Shown here: piece by piece, positions 8,572 through 16,436 of the stretch
How positions within the stretch are numbered: the stretch's first letter is position 1
Layout: each line of letters begins with the position of its first letter
NCBI GenBank assembly: GCA_040752415.1
Contig: JBFMGU010000205.1
Coordinates: 1-18,918 of the forward strand
Length of the DNA stretch: 18,918 nucleotides
Reading direction: 5' to 3'
Source of the DNA: Myxococcota bacterium
Lineage (GTDB): Bacteria > Myxococcota > JACRCW01
Made by a program: the position numbers and the translations under genes
Notes under the pieces: model-generated
What the model was told of the DNA's origin: nothing
What the model saw: only the letters and a program-made list of their open reading frames with translations
Database searches by the model: none

Positions 8572-9485
8572 CAGGTTCCCTTCTCGAAATGCTGCTGGAG
8601 CAAGCCCATGATGATGGGCCAGGCGGCCTGCGCACGTCGGAAGTGCGTGGCCAGGTTCTGGGTCTTGAGGGCAAGGAAACCGCTCTCCGTCACGTGGACG
8701 TGCGTACCCTCGGGCGCGCTGTGCAGCTGGATGGACACCAGCGTGTTGGGATGCTCCCGGGGATCAAGCCTGAGCTGCCCGGGGTCCTCCACACCCTGCA
8801 CGCGCCGGTACGCAATGGTGGTCGGCGCGTCAGCCTTCTCGACGTGAATCCGCCACTGACCGAACGGACCAAAGTCCAGCAGCGGCGTCTCACCAGGCGC
8901 GAAGCGGCCGTCCATCATTTCCGCCCACCAGCGGTCCGGATGCACCAGCGCGTCATACACGCGTTCACGTGTCGCTTTGATGCTGTGTTCGTACTCAAGT
9001 TTGTCCTGCGGCTCCGTGGCGGTGAACGCGCGGCCAAGCCCGCCGAGCATGAGCTCCCAACCCTTGCCGATGTTCTCGAGCGCCTCCTCGGTGTCCATAC
9101 CGGCAACCGCGGGCAGCGACGCAAGCCCACTCTCAACCACGCGCACCAGCGTGCCGCCCTCGACGCCTTCGAGCGTGAACTCCACGAGCGTGTTGTGGCT
9201 CTTGAGCGGATCCCCGAGGAGCACCTGGGGATCGGTCACACCCTGCATCCAGCGGAAGGCAAAGCGCACCGGCGGCTCCACCGCCACGACGTAGACGCAG
9301 ACCTTTCCCCCGCCGCTCGGGCCGAAATCGAGGATGGGGCGCTCCCCAACCGCGAGTTTTCCAATGATCTTCTCCGGTCCCCACGACGGATAGAACCTGT
9401 CATCGGTGAGCGCTGCGAACACCTTCTCGCGCGGCGCCTTCATGAACATCTCCCGCTGTACGCGGTCCCTGCGAAGCTCGGTCAT
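8571..9485 (-). CDS. Tandem double SRPBCC (AHSA1/START-like) domain protein, 304 aa
   Basis: APREKVFAALTD...EPPVRFAFRW...TLVEFTL...GGTLVRVVESG...GW, repeated as TRERVYDALVH...NTLVSIQL...GTHVHVTESG...AW. GGAGG RBS 7 nt before ATG 9485. Confidence 0.9.
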   Translation of the reverse strand: MTELRRDRVQREMFMKAPREKVFAALTDDRFYPSWGPEKIIGKLAVGERPILDFGPSGGGKVCVYVVAVEPPVRFAFRWMQGVTDPQVLLGDPLKSHNTLVEFTLEGVEGGTLVRVVESGLASLPAVAGMDTEEALENIGKGWELMLGGLGRAFTATEPQDKLEYEHSIKATRERVYDALVHPDRWWAEMMDGRFAPGETPLLDFGPFGQWRIHVEKADAPTTIAYRRVQGVEDPGQLRLDPREHPNTLVSIQLHSAPEGTHVHVTESGFLALKTQNLATHFRRAQAAWPIIMGLLQQHFEKGT

Positions 9486-9487
9486 AG

Positions 9488-9546
9488 GCAATCCTCCGGT
9501 TGCATATGTACGCCGCCCGACGTGATCAATGCAACCAAAAAGTTGC
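9488..9546. promoter_or_regulatory. Two palindromic operator-like sites GCAAyC-N4-rGTTGC, probable ArsR autoregulatory boxes
   Basis: GCAATC-CTCC-GGTTGC (9488-9503, covering the RBS) and GCAACC-AAAA-AGTTGC (9531-9546), offset by 43 bp. Confidence 0.65.
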
Positions 9547-9749
9547 CTATGGGCCCCCGGGTCACAAGTTGGCCAGCATGGGGCGCGCGGCGGTGACCGA
9601 GGGTGGCGCAGCGCGTGGGCCGACGGTCCCAGAGGATTCGGCGATGCCCCAACGGCGCGCGTTGGTCCGCAGCTCATGCACCCAGTGGCCGGCACCCCGC
9701 CGTCTTCACCCCGGGACGGAACACCCGGTGCGTGGCGTCACGGGCAGGT

Positions 9750-10808
9750 TCACGCCGACTTCAGGGAAGCCATGTCGATGGAGAAGCGGTACTTCACATC
9801 GGACTTGAGCAGGCGCTCGTAGGCTTCATTGACCTTCTGGATGGGGATCACCTCGACGTCCGCGGTGATGTTGTGCTGGCCGCAGAAGTTCAGCATCTCC
9901 TGGGTCTCCGCGATGCCGCCGATGTTGGAACCAGAGACGCTTCGGCGTCCGAGGATGAGGCCAAAGGCGGAGATCGCCAGCGGCCTCGAGGGCGCACCGA
10001 CGAGCGTGAGGTTGCCGTCGCGGCGGAGGAGCCCGAGATAGGCGTTGATGTCATGGTCGGCCGAGACGGTGTCCAGGATGAAGTCAAAGGTCCCGGCGTG
10101 TTTCTGCATCTCGTCGGCATTGCGGGACACGACAACCTCGTGAGCACCAAGACGCAACGCGTCCTCCTTCTTGCCGGGTGACGTGGTGAAGACAACGACG
10201 TGGGCGCCAAAAGCGCGGGCAAACTTCACGCCCATGTGCCCCAGCCCGCCGAGACCCACGACACCCACCTTCTTGCCCTCGGTCACGTTCCAGTGTCGCA
10301 GTGGCGAATACGTGGTGATTCCGGCGCACAGGAGCGGAGCCGCCCCGGCGGGATCCAGGTTGGCGGGAACGCGCAGGACGAAGCGCTCGTCGACAACGAC
10401 GCTGTCGGAGTAGCCACCATAGGTGACGCCACCAAGGTGCTTGTCTGGTGAGCCGTAGGTGAGGACCAGGTTCGGGCAGTTGTTCTCGAGGCCGGCCTTG
10501 CACTCGGGGCAGGTGCCGTCCGAGTCCACCAGGCAGCCCACTCCGACGAGGTCGCCGGGCTTGTACCTGGACACGGCGCCACCGACCCTGGTGACCCGCC
10601 CGACGATCTCGTGGCCAGGGACCACCGGGTAGACCGTGGACATGAAGTTGCTCCACTCGTTCCTCACGACGTGGATGTCGGAGTGGCAGATGCCGCAGAA
10701 GAGGATTTCAATCTGGACGTCACGCCCGGTCACGTCACGACGAGGAATCATGGTGGAGGCCAGGGGCGAGGTCGCGCTGGCGGCGGCGTAGGCTTTCGTC
10801 TTGTACAT
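9750..10808 (-). CDS. NAD(P)-dependent Zn alcohol dehydrogenase / aldehyde reductase (cinnamyl-ADH, YahK-like), 352 aa
   Basis: CGICHSD, PGHEIVG, DGTCPEC...C structural Zn lobe (first ligand Asp), APLLCAGITTYSPL, GLGGLGHMG and DVKYRFSID. Confidence 0.95.
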   Translation of the reverse strand: MYKTKAYAAASATSPLASTMIPRRDVTGRDVQIEILFCGICHSDIHVVRNEWSNFMSTVYPVVPGHEIVGRVTRVGGAVSRYKPGDLVGVGCLVDSDGTCPECKAGLENNCPNLVLTYGSPDKHLGGVTYGGYSDSVVVDERFVLRVPANLDPAGAAPLLCAGITTYSPLRHWNVTEGKKVGVVGLGGLGHMGVKFARAFGAHVVVFTTSPGKKEDALRLGAHEVVVSRNADEMQKHAGTFDFILDTVSADHDINAYLGLLRRDGNLTLVGAPSRPLAISAFGLILGRRSVSGSNIGGIAETQEMLNFCGQHNITADVEVIPIQKVNEAYERLLKSDVKYRFSIDMASLKSA

Positions 10809-10887
10809 GGGGTGCAAGCTCCGTTTGTGTTCGCAGGAGAGATACGTGCCGCGGTGAGGTGGGACCACGACAAAGAAGGGAACGGCC

Positions 10888-10906
10888 TGTTTAGCCACGC
10901 TGAACA
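10888..10906. promoter_or_regulatory. Putative LysR-type recognition site upstream of the ADH gene
   Basis: TGTTTAGC-CAC-GCTGAACA, a 7/8 dyad containing T-N11-A (10891-10903), 80-100 bp upstream of the ADH start. A divergent LysR gene is nearby. Confidence 0.5.
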
Positions 10907-11060
10907 ATCCGCAAAGCCCTGGGGGGCGTCGGCATCGGCGGGCTCGGCGGTGTGCAGTCTGCACAGGTGGCGGTGGACATGTGCAACGCGAGCGCCGCGC
11001 GGCATTGGACTGGCGCAGTCCACCTGGCATCGCATCGTCGACCTCGGTGCCGCGTGAGGT

Positions 11061-11202
11061 CTACACGCCCAACGACTTCGAGAGTGGCAGCTCCCGCACG
11101 CGCTTGCCCGTCATCGCGAAGATGGCGTTCGCGATTGCGGGAGCGACGGGGGGGCACGCCCGGCTCACCAACTCCGCCGGGAGCGGCGTTGCTCTCCACG
11201 AT
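11061..11202 (-). pseudogene. Frameshifted 3' remnant of a xanthine dehydrogenase-family molybdopterin-binding subunit (IorB-like)
   Basis: IVESNAAPGGVGEPGVPP in one frame continues as VAPAIANAIFAMTGKRVRELPLSKSLGV* in another. The shift is in a G7 run (11148-11154). The rest of the gene is absent. Confidence 0.85.
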
Positions 11203-11272
11203 TGGAAGGGGAGGAGACCTCTTGTTACGCATGGCGGGCGGCCGAAACCACACAAGTGCGCAATGGGCCTTA

Positions 11273-11513
11273 CAGCGGTTCCCGGTGGAGTTGACCGTGG
11301 CGGAGGTGAACCTGGCACCTGCGAAGCGATGGTCCTTGGCCGCGGAATCGCAGACAAGAATGGTTGCGCCACGGGGAATGACGCCATCGACATCGTGAAT
11401 CTACGGGCATGGGTCGGCGAGCGGCTGCAATTCCTCGTGGCGCAGCCATTCTTGTCTGCGATTCCGCGGCCAAGGGCCATCACTTTCCCGGCCAATCTGA
11501 CTGGGAACCGCTG
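11273..11513. mobile_element. MITE/foldback-like non-autonomous element (241 bp), TA-flanked, possibly IS630-related
   Basis: TA|CAGCGGTTCCC...GGGAACCGCTG|TA ends, imperfect to ~27 bp. Inner 54-bp inverted repeat (11326-11379 / 11430-11483, 50/54) surrounds a 50-bp core. No transposase. The repeats are certain; mobility is inferred. Confidence 0.6.
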
Positions 11514-11654
11514 TAAGCCATGCTTGACAATGCAGCGCGCCCCGCGACCTTGGCCGGTGGTTATGGGTTCGGCTTGTCCGGGGCTGCGTCCCCTCCTGCA
11601 GCGGGTGGGCGCGGGCGACGCTGACTCAACGCAGGCGTGGAAGGTGCACAAACC

Positions 11655-12569
11655 ATGAACACAGCTCTCCTCTCCCAGCTTCAGGTCTTCCTGGCCGTTT
11701 CCCGACGGCGCAGCTTCAGCGCCGCGGCGCGTGAGTTGGGCGTCTCCACCTCGGCGGTGAGCCAAGCCGTGAAACAGCTGGAGGAGCAGCTGCGGGTGGT
11801 GTTGCTGACTCGCACAACGCGCAGCGTGTCGCCTACCGAGGCGGGCCGTCGGCTCGTCGAGAGCGCCGGGCCGGCGTTGGGGCAGGTACTCACCGCGCTC
11901 ACCGAGGCGTCGGCCCAACCCGGGGAGACGGTGGGTCGGCTGAGGCTGACGGTTCCGCGGGCGGCCGTCCCGTACGTCATTGCTCCGGTGCTTCCGGCCT
12001 TTCGCGCGCGTCATCCGCGGGTGGAGGTGGAAATTGTCGTCGAGGAGCGCCTGGTGGACATCGTGGCGGAGGGCTACGACGCGGGCATTCGGCTGACCGA
12101 GGCCATCGAACGCGACATGGTGCAGGTGAGGCTCACGGACCACTTTCGCTTCGTCGTGGTGGGGGCGCCCGACTACCTCGCGCGGCGCGGCACGCCGCAG
12201 CGCCCCGAAGACCTGTTGCGCCACGAGTGCATCACCTTCCGCATGCAGAACACCGGCGCGCTCTACGCGTGGGAGTTCGAGCGTGGGCGGCGGACGTGGC
12301 GCGTGCCGGTCCGCGGAGGCGTCGTCACCAATGAGAACCAGCTGACGGTGTTGCTGGCGGAGCAGGGTCTGGGACTGGCGTACGCCCTCGAGCCGATGGT
12401 CAAGGAGCGGATACGCGCTGGAAAGCTGCAGCGTGTGCTCGAGCCCTACGCGCCCACGGTTCCCGGGTTCTTCCTCTACTTCCCCAGCCGGGCACAGCGG
12501 TCCGCAGCGCTCCGCCTTTTCGTGGAAACGGCCAGGGAATTCTCCGCGAAGGTCCTGTCTCTCCGGTGA
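11655..12569 (+). CDS. LysR family transcriptional regulator (CrgA/DmlR/PgrR-like), 304 aa
   Basis: LQVFLAV...SFSAAARELGVSTSAVSQAVKQLEEQL...LLTRTTRSVSPTEAG, GRLRLTVP, VDIVAEGYDAGIR and FFLYFPSR. Confidence 0.95.
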   Translation: MNTALLSQLQVFLAVSRRRSFSAAARELGVSTSAVSQAVKQLEEQLRVVLLTRTTRSVSPTEAGRRLVESAGPALGQVLTALTEASAQPGETVGRLRLTVPRAAVPYVIAPVLPAFRARHPRVEVEIVVEERLVDIVAEGYDAGIRLTEAIERDMVQVRLTDHFRFVVVGAPDYLARRGTPQRPEDLLRHECITFRMQNTGALYAWEFERGRRTWRVPVRGGVVTNENQLTVLLAEQGLGLAYALEPMVKERIRAGKLQRVLEPYAPTVPGFFLYFPSRAQRSAALRLFVETAREFSAKVLSLR

Positions 12570-12658
12570 GCGTGCATGACGCTGGCCTGGTGGGGGTCGG
12601 CTCAGGCTCGTCCCGGACTGGTGAGGAACAGCGCAACCGTGATCGGTCCGTCCCAAGG

Positions 12659-13375
12659 TCAGTAGCCCGCAAACTCCTCCACCCTGATGTCGTCCGGATT
12701 CGCGCCCACCTCGAGAAGCGTGCCAAACAGCCCGGCCACAAAACGCGGCGAGCCGGCCAGGTAGAAGACCGCTCGACGAGGATCGGGCACGTGACGTCGG
12801 AGAAGTTCCGGGCCGATGCTCCCCGTGAAGTGCGGCCATGGCTCCCCAGCGCGTGGCTGTGTCAGCGTTGCGACCAACTGGAAGTTCGGGTGCTCTGTTG
12901 TCCACCGCACGAGATCGTCCATGAACGCAGCGCTGGCGGCATTGCGGTTCGAGTAGAAGAGAACCAGGCGGTGCGGCAACTTCCGTTCGATCGCATCCTT
13001 GATGATGCTGCGGAAGGGCGTGACGCCGATCCCCCCAGCGAGCAGGATGGCCGGCTTGGCGGATTCCTGGTGCAACGTGAAGGATCCGTAAGGCCCTTCG
13101 ATCTCCACCGGGCTGCCAAGCGGCGCTTCCCACAGGCTGCGCTTGAACGCGCTGCCCGTGAGACGGGCCACCACCAGCACGCGAGGTTCGTCCGCCGGTG
13201 AAGAAGCAATGGAGAACGTCCGGGTAAAGCCCTTGGCATCCTGATGCCTGGCCTGAGGGAACTTCACGTCGCAGGACTGCCCAGCCCTGAATCCCAAGCG
13301 CCCACCTTCAATCTCGAACAGGAATGCACCAGTGCGCTCAGCCACTTCTGTTCGGTTCACCAGTCGTGCCTTCAT
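12659..13375 (-). CDS. FAD/NAD(P)-binding oxidoreductase, ferredoxin-NADP reductase-like (~238 aa)
   Basis: RTFSIAS, GPYGSF, LLAGGIGVTPF, LFYSNR, YLAGSP and EEFAGY terminus. An alternative start at 13474/13477, coupled to the methyltransferase stop, is possible. Confidence 0.9.
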   Translation of the reverse strand: MKARLVNRTEVAERTGAFLFEIEGGRLGFRAGQSCDVKFPQARHQDAKGFTRTFSIASSPADEPRVLVVARLTGSAFKRSLWEAPLGSPVEIEGPYGSFTLHQESAKPAILLAGGIGVTPFRSIIKDAIERKLPHRLVLFYSNRNAASAAFMDDLVRWTTEHPNFQLVATLTQPRAGEPWPHFTGSIGPELLRRHVPDPRRAVFYLAGSPRFVAGLFGTLLEVGANPDDIRVEEFAGY

Positions 13376-13473
13376 GGTTGCCCCACTTGCACGGTGCCCT
13401 ACGTCGCAAACGCCCCAAGCGCGGAGCTCCTGGTGGGCTTGGACCATGCGCTGCAACTTCGGGATTGCTTCCA

Positions 13474-14115
13474 TCACGCTTTCGGCATCACCGCGCGGAT
13501 CAGGTGCACATGGCGACGGAACACGGCGACGGTGTTCACGTCCCGGAACCCAGCCTCAAGCAGCAACGCTGGAAGTCGTCCCGCGAAGTTGTCCCCCACC
13601 TGCTCGACGATGTTGTGGGCCAGGACGCGGTTGACGAGGTGGCCGCCCGGTATCAGCAGGGGGCCGAAGTCGGCGAGCAAGAAGACGCCTTCCGGGCGAA
13701 GCACGCGGGCGGCCTCATTGAGACATGCGCGCTTGTCCGCCGTGCGCAGGTGGTGCAACGCCAGCGTGGAAACCCCGCGGTCGAAACTGCGCGATGGAAA
13801 GGGCAGGTCCTGCGCCGGCGCTTCCACCCATTGCACCTCCGCCTCGGCGAGAGAGGCCTTGTCCCGAGCGATGGTGAGGATCGCCGGATCGATATCGAGC
13901 CCGACGACGCGCGCCGAGGGAACACGCTGCTTGAGGAGGATTGCCAACGTCCCGGTACCCGCCCCGATGTCGAGCACGGCGTCCCCCTCCTTGAGCGAGA
14001 GCTGATTCGCAACCAGATCGTGGAACGTGCGGCCGTACCCGAGCAGGGACACCAGCGGGTCGTAGAACCGGTCCAGCGATTGGTAGTGGAGCGCGGGGAT
14101 GTAGTTGGTCGCCAT
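13474..14115 (-). CDS. Class I SAM-dependent methyltransferase (UbiE-like fold), 213 aa
   Basis: VLDIGAGTG, VVGLDID, LPFPSRSFD, LALHHL and RVLRPEG; N-terminal YIPAL...YD. Confidence 0.92.
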   Translation of the reverse strand: MATNYIPALHYQSLDRFYDPLVSLLGYGRTFHDLVANQLSLKEGDAVLDIGAGTGTLAILLKQRVPSARVVGLDIDPAILTIARDKASLAEAEVQWVEAPAQDLPFPSRSFDRGVSTLALHHLRTADKRACLNEAARVLRPEGVFLLADFGPLLIPGGHLVNRVLAHNIVEQVGDNFAGRLPALLLEAGFRDVNTVAVFRRHVHLIRAVMPKA

Positions 14116-14270
14116 GAGGGGACTCCCTCGCCTGTGCGGTCTGCGCTTGGTTCATGACCGCGGAGCCCTCAGGGTGCACGTCCTGCCGCGTCTCCGCGTC
14201 CACCTTGGGTCCCTGCCTCTGTCTGCATGCCCGGTAGCCGGAGTGGCGTGCGGACGGATAAACGGGGAGG

Positions 14271-15170
14271 GTGTCCGTCTCCCCCTCTCCACGTCGCCCC
14301 GGCGCCCTCGAGTACGCGGGTTTCGCCACCCTGGGCCTGGTGTGGGGGACGCAATATCTCGTCATCAAGGTTGCGCAGCCCGTCCTTCCACCGTTGATGG
14401 CGTTGGCATTGCGTTTCCTCGTGGTCGCGGCGGCGGCTCAGCTGTATCTCCTCGTCGAGCGGGCACCCACGCCACCCGACATGCGCTGGAAGCGCGCCGT
14501 GTATGGGGCCATGCACGCCGCGGGGATGGGACTCCTCTACTGGGGGCAGACGAGCATTCCCTCGTCGCTGGTTGGCGTCCTTCTCGCCACCACGCCCCTG
14601 GCCGTGGCCGTGATGGCCCACGCGTTCATTCCCGGTGAACGACTGACGAAACGGACGACCCTCCCGCTCGTCGTCGGGGTGGCGGGCGCGATGTTGATCA
14701 CGCTGGGAATGGACCGGGATGGCGACCGGGCCACCCACCTTGTCGGCGTGGGCGCAATCGTTTCGTCGGTGTTGTGCAGCGCTGGGGTCAAGGTGTTCTC
14801 CAAGAAGCTGGTGGCGCAGCTTCCCGTGAGCATCATGTTGCGAGACCTCGGTGTCGTGGTGGGGTTGTGCAGCGTGCTGGCCTCCGCGCTCGTCGAGGAT
14901 TGGGCTCGCGCACGAGCGGAACCGTGGGCCATGCTGTCCATCCTCTACCTGGGCCTCGTGGCTTCAGCGGGCGCAACAGGTTGGTATCTCGTGCTGCTCC
15001 GACGTGTGCCCGTCACCGTCATGGCAACCCTGCAGCTCCTCACCGCCGCCGTGGCGTTTGGCGCAGGTGTGGTATTCGGCGGAGACCATCCATCGACGAT
15101 GTCCGTGCTCGGCTGCGTCCTGGTGATGAGTGGCCTGACGTGGCGAACGAAAGAGGTGCGCGATGAATGA
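14271..15170 (+). CDS. EamA/DMT family transporter (~299 aa)
   Basis: About 10 hydrophobic segments in two repeats, with LVWGTQYLVIK, ALRF, PGERLT and ILYLGLVAS. Exact start uncertain. Confidence 0.88.
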   Translation: MSVSPSPRRPGALEYAGFATLGLVWGTQYLVIKVAQPVLPPLMALALRFLVVAAAAQLYLLVERAPTPPDMRWKRAVYGAMHAAGMGLLYWGQTSIPSSLVGVLLATTPLAVAVMAHAFIPGERLTKRTTLPLVVGVAGAMLITLGMDRDGDRATHLVGVGAIVSSVLCSAGVKVFSKKLVAQLPVSIMLRDLGVVVGLCSVLASALVEDWARARAEPWAMLSILYLGLVASAGATGWYLVLLRRVPVTVMATLQLLTAAVAFGAGVVFGGDHPSTMSVLGCVLVMSGLTWRTKEVRDE

Positions 15171-15243
15171 CGTCGTGGAGATGGGCAAGCCGGGGCAGCG
15201 TTGGTGGGGCCGTCGTGCACCCTCCGTCGTCAGGGGATGACAG

Positions 15244-16338
15244 ATGCTTCGGCGCTCCTCGCTGCAGATGGCGGAACAATGGCGAGGGCTCCGTTCCCTT
15301 CCTCTCATTCGTCTTGGAGAGTTTCCCTCACCCGTGATGCCGCTGGGAATCGGGAGCGGTGGCGGCCTGTGGTGCAAGCGCGATGACCTGACTTCGCCCG
15401 TCTACGGCGGAAACAAGGTCAGGAAACTGGAGCTGCTGCTTGCGGACGCACTGGAGCGGCATTGCGACGTCGTGGTGACCGCGGGAGCAGCGGGGTCCAA
15501 TCACGTCCTGGCGGTTGCGGTGCACGCGGCGAGGCTGGAGCTGGAAACGCACGCGGTGTTGACGTCGCAACCGTGGTCGGAGCACGCGGAGCGCAACCTG
15601 CGGGCCATTGTACGCAGCGCCGCGGGGGTTCGCCCCGTGCCGCGTGTCGCCGCGACGGGAATCGCAATGTTGTCGCTCGTAGGGACCCTTCTGGCACAGG
15701 GACGTCGACCGTACCTCGTCGTGCCGGGAGGATCCTCTCCGCTGGGGGTTGTTGGCCACGTGGATGCCGGGTGGGAGCTGGCACGTCAGATCAGGGCAGG
15801 AGTGGTGCCCGCGCTGTCCACGGTGCACGTGCCGCTGGGTAGCGGTGGCACGGCGGCGGGCCTGGCACTCGGGCTTGCGGCGGCGGAGATGAACACGCGC
15901 GTCGTCGCGGTACGTGTCACGCCGCGGGCGGTGGCGAACCAGGGAGTGCTCACCGCGTTGATTGCCGCCACCGCCCGGATGCTGCGCGCGCACGACCCGA
16001 CGTTCCCCAGGTGTGCGTTGCGTGCCGCCAGCCTGATCCACATCGATGGCTCGCAGCTCGGCGAGGGCTACGCGAAGGAAACCGCCGCCGCTCGCTCCGC
16101 CATGCTCCTGGCGCGACAACACGATGTCTCGCTGGAGACGACGTACTCCGCCAAGGCGTTTGCCAGCTTCCTCGTCGCTGCACGGCGCCCCGTACAAGGA
16201 GCGCGTTTGTTCTGGCAGACCTTCGCAGGGAAGGATCTTCCAGGGGTGGCAGTCCTGCCGGCGGAGCTTGCGTCCTTGCTCGCGCACCGACCGGACACGC
16301 TCCGGCCTGAGTCATCCTCGTCGTCGCGTGCGCCGTGA
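15244..16338 (+). CDS. PLP-dependent D-cysteine desulfhydrase / ACC deaminase family enzyme (364 aa)
   Basis: KRDDL...YGGNKVRKLE (PLP lysine), SNH, PGGS, GSGGTAAGL and YSAKA. It has Ser where true ACC deaminases have Glu (YEGK), favouring the desulfhydrase-like group. Confidence 0.88.
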   Translation: MLRRSSLQMAEQWRGLRSLPLIRLGEFPSPVMPLGIGSGGGLWCKRDDLTSPVYGGNKVRKLELLLADALERHCDVVVTAGAAGSNHVLAVAVHAARLELETHAVLTSQPWSEHAERNLRAIVRSAAGVRPVPRVAATGIAMLSLVGTLLAQGRRPYLVVPGGSSPLGVVGHVDAGWELARQIRAGVVPALSTVHVPLGSGGTAAGLALGLAAAEMNTRVVAVRVTPRAVANQGVLTALIAATARMLRAHDPTFPRCALRAASLIHIDGSQLGEGYAKETAAARSAMLLARQHDVSLETTYSAKAFASFLVAARRPVQGARLFWQTFAGKDLPGVAVLPAELASLLAHRPDTLRPESSSSSRAP

Positions 16339-16436
16339 CGGGCAGGAGGGCGCCCGCAGGATGGACGGAAGGCGCGAACGCCGAGCTCCCTGAGAAGGGC
16401 CTCATCCGCCAATCCCGGCAGGCGCACTGTCGCTCT

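Noticed and set aside
10981..13133. ORFs 10981-11658 (+) and 11061-13133 (-) with mirrored peptides (GRGIADKNGCAT / VAQPFLSAIPRPR)
   Set aside because: The mirrored peptides come from translating the DNA inverted repeat; the remainder is antisense to lysR or out of frame within the oxidoreductase gene. Only the last ~28 codons of the minus ORF are a real remnant.
14253..14285. Alternative small hairpins around the EamA start (GACGGAT/GTCCGTC; GGGGAG/CTCCCC)
   Set aside because: Stems of 6-7 bp are expected by chance at this GC content, and the start codon itself is uncertain.
15238..15240. Selenocysteine codon upstream of the PLP enzyme
   Set aside because: No convincing SECIS-like hairpin follows, and the position lies outside the conserved domain.
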